Positions 51,104 through 60,083 of a stretch of DNA of 64,000 nucleotides are shown piece after piece. The position numbers and the translations under genes were made by a program. How positions within the stretch are numbered: the first letter of the stretch is position 1; each line of letters begins with the position of its first letter. The notes beneath the pieces are model-generated. The model ran no database searches, was not told the DNA's origin, and was given only the letters and a program-made list of their open reading frames with translations. Source of the DNA: Nematocida ausubeli (Eukaryota); assembly GCF_000738915.1 (NCBI RefSeq), contig NW_026515637.1:372001-436000 (forward strand). Direction: 5' to 3'.

Positions 51104-52519
51104 TCATAGGTTCTGTTGCTTTAGCCATCCCCGTATAAGAATATCCATATAATCCAGCATACAGCCAGAACTCATGGCCACTGCAGAATTAATTCTGCCA
51201 AAATTAGTGACAAGGCTTTTTACATAAATAGAAGAAAGCACTGCATTAGTATATGATGCATCTAGATATACTTTGGATCCACTTAAAACAAAAATATTAA
51301 ATAACGTATTTAAAGCACTTTTCAAGTCAAAATTGTTCGTTTCGAAGTTATTCCATAGTTTTAGCGTCTTTCTAATGAATATTTTCTTTTCATTTTCCGT
51401 TAAATTATTCATTTTATTTCGGTTAATTATTAATGAAATTGCACTGTTTTTGTTTTTTAGAAGTAGTTCCTTAATTAAGTCCTTTAAATTCTTGACTTGG
51501 GTCTTTGTGAAACTCTGTGCTAGACCTGAATCGTAAATTATAACGGTTTTGTGATTTTTAAACAGTTTCGAAGTGAGTGATCCATCCTGCAGGCCATGAA
51601 TTATGGAAAGGTTTCCTGGATGTAAGTCTGAGTGGACAAACCCGTCTGTAAACACCATTTTCATGAAGAGTATTAAGGCACTCTTTCCTATCAGGGGTGA
51701 TCCCTGCCTAACCCTATCGCCTTCATGATATTCTGTCAACAATATCTTGTCTGTGGCTATTATTGGCTTTGGGAATATATATGATATGCCGCGCAGCAAG
51801 GTTGCTACCTTGGAGATGCCAAATGGCAATTTTGTGGGCACTTGGAAATCCTTGAAATTGCGTCTAAATTGGATTGTGTTCTGGAACTCATTCCTTAAGT
51901 CAAACTGCTTCAGTAAATTATCCTGAAATTCGTTGTAGAATCGGGTTACATTGAAAATTCTTGCCATAAGTGCCATAATTCTTGTTTCTTTATGGATATT
52001 TGCGTATACTGTTGGGTTGATTATTTTTAATGCATAGTATTTATCATTTATCTTTAGCTTAAACACTTCTGCTATGCATCCTGCGCCTATTCTGCCCTGC
52101 AGTGATTCTTGATTAAGCGCAACTCCGGTTTCATTTTGAAATATCTTCAATGGGTCTGTGATTGTAGTATGGTGCTCCACGCTGTCCTGCAGTGCATTTA
52201 GTCGTTTTATAATTTCGTGAGGTAGAATATCCTGCCGGGTTGACAAGAATTGCCCGAATTTCATGATAACTGCGCCATTTGACGAGAATGCATGCTGAAA
52301 AAGAGCAGATCCCTGGGATGCCGTGACTTTGTTGATTCCCCATGCAAGAATTGCTTGCGACATGAATCTGCAAAGTCTTGTGATTGTTGAAAAATAGTTC
52401 GAATTTGTGGGGTAGGTTCTTTCCCTTGGATCAAGATCTATTACCCTATGTGTAATATGTAATGAACTTTTTATGGGGGGAATTGGTAAGAACACCCTTG
52501 GAACTGTGAACTCCCTCAT
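51104..52519 (-). CDS. ABC1/UbiB atypical protein kinase, ADCK2/Cqd1-like
   Basis: KxGQ motif 'MKFGQFLSTRQDIL', loop 'IGAGCIAEV', 'ALKI', 'DLRNE', catalytic 'FVHSDLHPGN', 'YDSGL'. Confidence 0.85.
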   Translation of the reverse strand: MREFTVPRVFLPIPPIKSSLHITHRVIDLDPRERTYPTNSNYFSTITRLCRFMSQAILAWGINKVTASQGSALFQHAFSSNGAVIMKFGQFLSTRQDILPHEIIKRLNALQDSVEHHTTITDPLKIFQNETGVALNQESLQGRIGAGCIAEVFKLKINDKYYALKIINPTVYANIHKETRIMALMARIFNVTRFYNEFQDNLLKQFDLRNEFQNTIQFRRNFKDFQVPTKLPFGISKVATLLRGISYIFPKPIIATDKILLTEYHEGDRVRQGSPLIGKSALILFMKMVFTDGFVHSDLHPGNLSIIHGLQDGSLTSKLFKNHKTVIIYDSGLAQSFTKTQVKNLKDLIKELLLKNKNSAISLIINRNKMNNLTENEKKIFIRKTLKLWNNFETNNFDLKSALNTLFNIFVLSGSKVYLDASYTNAVLSSIYVKSLVTNFGRINSAVAMSSGCMLDYMDILIRGWLKQQNL

Positions 52520-52775
52520 TATAAAAAAAAGTATTTTAAGTTTATATCCGGAGAGAACAAAGAACATGAAAGTTCACCGTGTGTCGTAGAAGTATGTAAG
52601 AGAACACGACTTATTGCACCATGTACATTAAGTTATGGCATGTTTTACATTGTAATTAGTCATATATTAATGCAGGACTTTTTATACATATTGTAATAAG
52701 TTATGCCATTTTCCTAATAAAATTATTGCTTTTCTAATTATCATAATTATTTAAGCAGAATAAAAATAGAAGCAC

Positions 52776-53780
52776 ATGGACAGGACTTATTACACTGTAT
52801 ATAGTAGACCACGAATCCCAGAACAGCCAGAGTTTATTCCACGCCATGTACAACACGATATCTCGTACGCACCTGTTTTTTCGCACCTTAAATCGTCAAA
52901 ATTCATTATTCAGTTCATTATGAAGTGTGTTATACTGTTCTTTATCACATTCTTAATCAAAGTCCCGATTCACTTATCATCTAGCTATGCATATCTGTCT
53001 TTTGTGCCAGAAATATCAAAATATCTGGTCATTCTATCATTTTTTGGGTTATTTTCTGCTGGGACCTTCTTAAAGCACTTTAAGTCAATTAGTTCCCCTA
53101 ATAACTCCATTCGGGAATACATCCTGGCCATAAACCTGATACTCTTGATGATTTCGCCAAATACAAAGACTATTACACCTTCTACAGCAACATACGATGC
53201 GTTCTGGATATTCTTCCTATCCTTTATGTGGGCATTCAAATTAACATTCTATTGCAGTGATATAACAAATTACTTAATTAGGCGAACACAGCTTATGGCA
53301 CTTTGCAGCGTGTCTTTTGTCCAAATACTTTTATTATTCTCTACACTTCGTAAAGAAGGCATGGATCCTGCTATTTTTTTAAATATTTCATTGCTTTTTT
53401 CTGGTTATACTATAAGTTCAATAATCATTGAGTACTTCAGATTTAGCACAACAGAGAGACTAATTGTCAATGATATAGTTAAAATATTATCAATATTTTG
53501 CATATTCATGTATTTACTTTATGCACAGATATGCTATCAGAATACGTTTATATTGTATGCCGAAAGGTGGTTTGTGTGCACACCCCTTGTATTTTTTAAT
53601 ATTTTACTATTACTTCATGTATTTATTAAGTCATGCTATGGTGATATTATTTATTATAAGTGTGTATCGTATGCTAAAAATATAAATATATTGTACATCA
53701 TATTGTTAATATACGTTATATATGTATATAGCAGAGCAATTACAGCAGGATTTGCTAATGATAGACTAATTAAAGCATAG
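52776..53780 (+). CDS. Hypothetical polytopic membrane protein (334 aa)
   Basis: About 8-9 hydrophobic segments; no family recognised. Confidence 0.65.
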   Translation: MDRTYYTVYSRPRIPEQPEFIPRHVQHDISYAPVFSHLKSSKFIIQFIMKCVILFFITFLIKVPIHLSSSYAYLSFVPEISKYLVILSFFGLFSAGTFLKHFKSISSPNNSIREYILAINLILLMISPNTKTITPSTATYDAFWIFFLSFMWAFKLTFYCSDITNYLIRRTQLMALCSVSFVQILLLFSTLRKEGMDPAIFLNISLLFSGYTISSIIIEYFRFSTTERLIVNDIVKILSIFCIFMYLLYAQICYQNTFILYAERWFVCTPLVFFNILLLLHVFIKSCYGDIIYYKCVSYAKNINILYIILLIYVIYVYSRAITAGFANDRLIKA

Positions 53781-54069
53781 TATAGACTATGCACAATAGA
53801 GTGCAGTTGAATACAACGGGTCTAGGCTAAGTCTGCCCGTAAATTAAGAATAAAGATCAATTATAGCAGAATATTATATTATAGGCTAATTACAGCAGGT
53901 ATATACTGCTTTTATATAATAATTCGGGCTATATCTGTTTGTAGAGCGAGTGGATAAGAAGTACCCATTCTTAGTCTACTTTACAACAGGCTTAGTCTAT
54001 ACTACAAGATACACTAGCTACAACACAAATAAACAACTATATAATATGCATGCATTACAAACAAATAAT

Positions 54070-54678
54070 ATGTATATGTGTAGAAGTATATTCTTGCTGC
54101 AAGTGCTTATTGTGCTAATTTGTGTTAATGGAGGCTATTCTAGCATGTATATTAAGTCGCATAGTGTACGAAAGCAAGCAAAAAATAGTGAGAAAAGTCG
54201 GTTTAGTGAAGAAATGGCGAGTTCTGATGGGGTTAGCACAGGATTGGTGGTTAGTATAAGTAAACCAATTGAAAACCCAGAAAAGCCCAGTAAAAAAGGT
54301 AAAAAAGATAAGAAAGACAAGGAAACTGCAAAAGACAAGAAAGGTGGTAAGAAACAAAAAGCTATAACAGAGTCCGATGATGAAGTAATTAAAGCAAAGG
54401 CAGAGGATGAATACTCCGATGCAGCGTCAGAACAAAAGCCATCAAAGTCCATTTCTGACTTTATTTCTGACTTCTTTAGTATAAGATGGGTTCAAATTGC
54501 ACTAATTTCTACTTGTGCAGGAATTGCTCTGTGTATTCTAATATTCTTAATGTTTTCTTATGTATCTGGGTATATCAACGAAAGGAATAATAGAAAAAGA
54601 TACTCTGAAGCCCTAAAGCCTGCCTACACTTCAGATGGTAATCAGAAAGATGCCTTGCAAGCTGCAATAAATATGTGA
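54070..54678 (+). CDS. Hypothetical single-pass membrane protein (signal peptide, Lys-rich ectodomain, TM)
   Basis: Signal-like 'IFLLQVLIVLICVNGGYS', K/D-rich region, TM 'IALISTCAGIALCILIFLMFSYV'. Confidence 0.7.
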   Translation: MYMCRSIFLLQVLIVLICVNGGYSSMYIKSHSVRKQAKNSEKSRFSEEMASSDGVSTGLVVSISKPIENPEKPSKKGKKDKKDKETAKDKKGGKKQKAITESDDEVIKAKAEDEYSDAASEQKPSKSISDFISDFFSIRWVQIALISTCAGIALCILIFLMFSYVSGYINERNNRKRYSEALKPAYTSDGNQKDALQAAINM

Positions 54679-56180
54679 AAAATATGGTGAAAATAGTTTA
54701 TTTTTGTAAGTAGTTTTTATAGGTGGGCCAGTCTTATGCTATGGTAAAACTTCCACTTGTGTGACAAGAAGCTACCAAACCTTTGAAGTGCAAATATTTC
54801 TAGAAGGACCTATGGAATTATAGACTTGAAGGATGCTATATAATTGCAAAAAAATATAGAAGAAGCATATAAACAGTGAATAAGACACCAAGTATAAGAA
54901 TAGATCGTAAGAATATCTATAAAAGAAAAAAGATAATAAAACACCTTTATAAATATTCTATAATTTATACTACTGTCTTCTAGATGAAATATTGCCCTCT
55001 TTTGTACATATTAATAAGCGTATACACAAATGCTTAGTTATTATGCCGTTTTACTCCTATATCCCACTGCAATTTATTTTTCTGCATTAAGTTCACAGAA
55101 ATACTGCGCTGTGTCTACATATGTTTTTTTTATTTTTTCCTTCTTCTATAGAATATGAAAGTATAACCCATATGTAGGTGCATAGAATTTTATGAAAGGT
55201 TTGATTCTTCTAATTTTTATCAAAAGCACACGAAAATCAGAATTCATGCACTTTTAGAAGACCATGCAACGAGCAGATTTCACTGCAGACAAATTAACTA
55301 CCATATAACTGTGGATAAGACAGCATCAATATGAACAGCACCCAGTGTGACACTAAATATTTAGAACACCCTGTGCAGAAATTCATCCATTGCATTTTAG
55401 AGTTTAAACATACCTTTGTATGTATTTATGCGCTTTTACAGCACTATCTATATATAGAAACAGGTAGATCCTACTATATGCTTTTATGTGATGTAGCTCT
55501 GAAAGCGGATTTCTAACTTTTTTCTTTAAAATACTTTGAGTAATTTTTCTCTGTAAGACTATACCACTCAATTTACTTGAATTTTAATTTGAGTTTATAA
55601 TGCAGACCGATATGGGAATATGTCATTTTTATAGCTCGCATATATTTGGGTTACATTTCATCCAATAATGCTTTATATAGTGGCTGCTGCAATGGCATTG
55701 CCACTGCAGCTTGATTCGTATTGACAGATAGCGTATGGGCATTTAGCACACTATAATTTGTGCATATAATACGACCCCACATGTTCTTTTTGCAAATATA
55801 AATCGCCCTATAGAATATACTCCTGATTGGCAGTGCAGGCACTAAATGTGAAATAGTTAATAAACTTATTGACCTGTCTAAAAGGAGGCATCATTCCTGC
55901 CAGGATATGATAGTCTAAGATAGATAGTGTTGATGTCAAGGGGGTTTTATTTTTATCACTTGGTCGATGTCTTTGGTGACTGTGGCCTTTCTTATTCGTG
56001 TTGGATGTATTTCTTATTGTTGAAATTGCCGCACGTTTTAATATTTTCATACGATTATATAGTGTCCTTCTGACATATAAATAATTTTCTAAAAAGTATA
56101 AATATCATTGATGGGCTCTTGTAGCCACAGGATAATGATGAGAGCTTTTACCACACTTATAAAATTCTATTTTTATATAT

Positions 56181-59100
56181 ATGTATTTAAATATTTATAA
56201 AAAAATTATACAAATGACAGACCATATTGCAATCTATAAAGCCATTGTGCTCTGCATGGTATGCAGCTGCATGAATTCTAGTATGCTTTGCGCAAGTAAT
56301 GAATACAATAGTCCCAATGAAGTAATGGATGAAGAGTGGATGAGAAATATAGATATAAAAGATCTGTACGGTGCTATACCTACCGAGCATTACAACAGTG
56401 CAGTCCAACTAGAATACACAAGTGATATGTATGATCTGGGAGATCTAGATGACTTGTATCCTTTAGAAGGAATCCCAGAATTAGACAATACAAGCAACTC
56501 CTACTATCCATGTGATCTATTTAACATGGATACTACAAACCAAGCAGAAAATTTAGGCCTTTTAGAAGGCATCCCAGAATCAGAGAACACAGATGGTGGA
56601 TATTACACAGTGTGCTCACCCAATTCGAATAATGGAAATCAAAAAGATAACATAGTTTATATATTCTATAAAGATATCGATGGACACACATTCTATATAA
56701 ATAGTGCAGAGTGCAAAATATACATATACCCAACTGGAGATATAGCCTATATCGAAGATATATTTTATATAGTATATAGAGATAGTTTGAACAATCTTGT
56801 CTATATAAATAGTTCTGTACGCCCTTCTACTTTTAACATTGAAAATACATCTAAAGATGAATCAAGCAACCAAGGAGAAATCTTATTTAATAGTCTAACT
56901 AAAGAAGCTCCGTTAAAGCGTCTAGCAGAGTCTACTTCAAGTGGTTCAGATGATAATCCAAGTGCGAAAAAATGCAAAAATACAGAATTTGTGGAAGAAA
57001 GTCATAAGGACGTTAAGAACAAAACACTGAATGTAATAGCACCAAATATAACTAGTAGACTGTACTCATACAACTTTATGGCATGTGATAACTCAATAAG
57101 AGACAACCCCCATGGGTTTTCATACTGGTTTCCTAACAGTAGCATAAATAATGAAAATATACCATGCAAATGTAAAATCGAGAGCAACTACGAAATTGGA
57201 ACTGCCTTTTGGCACCTTGCCACTAGTGCACATCATAACTCTTTAACTGAAAAAATAGATTGCATTAGTAGTTTAAATAATGTAAGCAAAGATTTAAAGA
57301 ATGCTCCTAACATCTATGCATTCTATCATTATCTCTTTTTGGAGGACTTGAACAAATATATAGAAACTCATATAGATATAGATCATATTACTGCAAGGTA
57401 CGACTACACAGACAGAAGTAAGAACAACATATGCTCTAAATCTGAAATGAAGACAGAAACACTAGGAGAAATATATGAGGAGACCCAAGCAGATCTTAAG
57501 TGGTGGGCCAACAGTATGTCGATTATCTCTGCAAAAACTGAGGAAATTAAGAGTGCAGGATCTGCAGATGCAGCACTAAAAGAAAAGCTGCATTTGATTC
57601 TAAAGCTACCAGAGATACTTAGAGACTTGGTTCTGATAACACCCGAGATACTGCTAAAGACAAAAAGAGAAATTGAAAAAACGGTTGATAAAAAAACTAG
57701 CAAGTTTTTCTGCATTATAGAGTACTTATACTACTTAGTAAACAATCATAAAGAAAAAATGAATAGAAGTTATAAGAAAGTATATGAACTAATTAAGGAT
57801 GAAAAACCTATATACGCCTTCAGTACTATGGTGGTGTACAGAATTGTCTATGATGCATTCTGTTTGTTCTACCAGTGTGCACCATTTACCTGTGTAGCTG
57901 ATATTAGGAGTAAAAAAAATAATTTTCTTAAAAAAGAGCCCTATATTAAAAGCATTTTTCAGACCCACTACCCACACATACCGCAGAATGGAGTCTTTAG
58001 ACTGCATGGGAAAAGAGCAATTGTAAGGCCAAAGATTAAAGGATATATACAAACTGTAGGGAGATCTATGCCGAATCAGCAGGAAAATCAAACCAGTGAA
58101 CTTGTATCAGATTTGAGGTATTTTGATTCAGAACTTATAGAAAATACAGAATTTTTAAAGATAGCAGGCAGTGATCACTATCATGTGCAGCTAGTTGATA
58201 ACGCCCGCCATACGGTAAAACTTATTCCTATTCCAATGATAAATCCTCCTTTTACTAAATCTCATAAAGACCGAACCCATTCAATTTGGGATATAGTAGA
58301 CTATATAAAATCTATACTGAAGTCAACCTATCCAGAGAAGAGTTCAGATTTTAATGTCTACCCATTTAAGTATAGCAGAAAGAATAAAAGTTGGACAATT
58401 CTTGATAAATGTGTAGAAGATGTGGCTTACCCACAGAAAAATAAAGATGCCACTATATATGGCATGAATAAGAGCTGTCATGATATAGTCTTCTACTACT
58501 TTGAAAAGGATATACGCACAACAAAATTTGCATTAATAGAGTTTATAGACCCAATTGTCTTAAAAGACAGCAAGGTGGCAAGAATTCCTTTATTTCTTAC
58601 AAATTTTATGGTGGATAGCACTTTAGTGGGGCCATATAAAATAAGTGGCTTAGATGTTTTCAGTAAACCCAAATATTCTAGCTGCTATAAAAATATTAAG
58701 ACTACTAAGATTTTTTATGTGAATTCTCATAAATACATAAATAGCCAGAACTCATCTGCCATATCATCGAGTGGCAATGAACCTCAACCAAAAAGAAGCT
58801 ACACCGACTACTATTACAGTGACTTTTTGATTCGGAATATAAAAGACTGCACATTTTGCACTGCAGAATGCTTTAGTATGTTTGCCACAGACAACCATAT
58901 AAGTATCTTTCAGCTATCTAAAGTTTGGTGTACACAGATAAAGAGAAGCGTGCGTGAGTATACAAACTACTGCTTTCATATAAGTGCATCTCAGAACATT
59001 CAGAGCGATAGTTTGCTGCAGTGCGAAGAAAAAGTGGCCTTGGCCTTTCTGGATATATTGCAGCGCGAGAGTTCATCTAGTGACAAAGTTACATACGGTC

Positions 59101-59405
59101 TGTGCATCTATCAGAGATCTTTGGATGGCAAGGAAGTTGCCGTTCCAATTATGTGCGAGAAGATGCGAAAACTTTTGAGTGAGAACATCAACGGTGAGAT
59201 TAAGTCCAAGCATGCAAATTTGGAAAGTGACATTCTTCCTCCGCGCATCTATATTAAACACATAAAAGAGGATACTCCTGTCTTTATCACGGTAAAAACC
59301 TTTAACTATATGCAGGCAAACCTTGGAATACACTATGACATTATAGCTGCTCTCTTCTATAACAACAATAATTCCGCACTAGCACCGACACCGAAAAAAA
59401 ACTAA
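56181..59405 (+). CDS. Large lineage-specific secreted-type protein, tandem paralog 1
   Basis: 1074 aa; hydrophobic/Cys N-terminus ending 'LCASN'; many blocks shared with 60084-63077. Confidence 0.8.
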   Translation: MYLNIYKKIIQMTDHIAIYKAIVLCMVCSCMNSSMLCASNEYNSPNEVMDEEWMRNIDIKDLYGAIPTEHYNSAVQLEYTSDMYDLGDLDDLYPLEGIPELDNTSNSYYPCDLFNMDTTNQAENLGLLEGIPESENTDGGYYTVCSPNSNNGNQKDNIVYIFYKDIDGHTFYINSAECKIYIYPTGDIAYIEDIFYIVYRDSLNNLVYINSSVRPSTFNIENTSKDESSNQGEILFNSLTKEAPLKRLAESTSSGSDDNPSAKKCKNTEFVEESHKDVKNKTLNVIAPNITSRLYSYNFMACDNSIRDNPHGFSYWFPNSSINNENIPCKCKIESNYEIGTAFWHLATSAHHNSLTEKIDCISSLNNVSKDLKNAPNIYAFYHYLFLEDLNKYIETHIDIDHITARYDYTDRSKNNICSKSEMKTETLGEIYEETQADLKWWANSMSIISAKTEEIKSAGSADAALKEKLHLILKLPEILRDLVLITPEILLKTKREIEKTVDKKTSKFFCIIEYLYYLVNNHKEKMNRSYKKVYELIKDEKPIYAFSTMVVYRIVYDAFCLFYQCAPFTCVADIRSKKNNFLKKEPYIKSIFQTHYPHIPQNGVFRLHGKRAIVRPKIKGYIQTVGRSMPNQQENQTSELVSDLRYFDSELIENTEFLKIAGSDHYHVQLVDNARHTVKLIPIPMINPPFTKSHKDRTHSIWDIVDYIKSILKSTYPEKSSDFNVYPFKYSRKNKSWTILDKCVEDVAYPQKNKDATIYGMNKSCHDIVFYYFEKDIRTTKFALIEFIDPIVLKDSKVARIPLFLTNFMVDSTLVGPYKISGLDVFSKPKYSSCYKNIKTTKIFYVNSHKYINSQNSSAISSSGNEPQPKRSYTDYYYSDFLIRNIKDCTFCTAECFSMFATDNHISIFQLSKVWCTQIKRSVREYTNYCFHISASQNIQSDSLLQCEEKVALAFLDILQRESSSSDKVTYGLCIYQRSLDGKEVAVPIMCEKMRKLLSENINGEIKSKHANLESDILPPRIYIKHIKEDTPVFITVKTFNYMQANLGIHYDIIAALFYNNNNSALAPTPKKN

Positions 59406-60083
59406 CACCGAAACAAACACCAATATCAAAGACAGTTACTAGAAAGCCTTTCACAAAGACTAAAAACAAAGCTGTTTGCACTGAATAGAAAGAATTTGCT
59501 GGAACACTGCGCATCCTTATTAACAAAGCTCCTAAAGTAGCTGCATGCAAGTTTATGAACACCTCCTCCAAAAAGCTTTAATACTAATTTTTCAAGCAGT
59601 TTATTTTCTTATAAATATATAAAATAGAATATATTAGTAAACTCTAGCAGAAATAAAATAAAGTATTTTTAAGTAATATTGTTGGTTTTCCTTGCCTCAA
59701 GGGCATTGAAACCTTCTCTCCAGGTCAGCAATGTAGATTGATGTTGGTCATTGCCCTCCTGTTTTGACTGTAGGCCAACACGCTACAAGGGGCTCTACTG
59801 GTTTATGCATCTACAATCATGCGATTCGATAAATGGCATATATTGCCATTTTCTCTAAGTTATCTAATAGTATTATATTTTCATGACACCACTTTAATAG
59901 GCTTCTCCTGGTGATCTATACATAGACAGCGAGAAATAAATTATATCTAAATCAGTACGAGTGAATCTAACATTTCGAGGAGGAAAAATCAGCTATTAAT
60001 TATAGAAGTCACTGTAATTAAGCGATTGGAATTAAATTTTAAAAAAACTATATAAAGTTTTTAAATTTTTAAAAAACGCATTT

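Noticed and set aside
54680..56180. Short ORFs (61-80 aa) in the 1.5-kb gap before paralog 1
   Set aside because: No motifs or coding-like signal; a decayed gene cannot be excluded but is unsupported.
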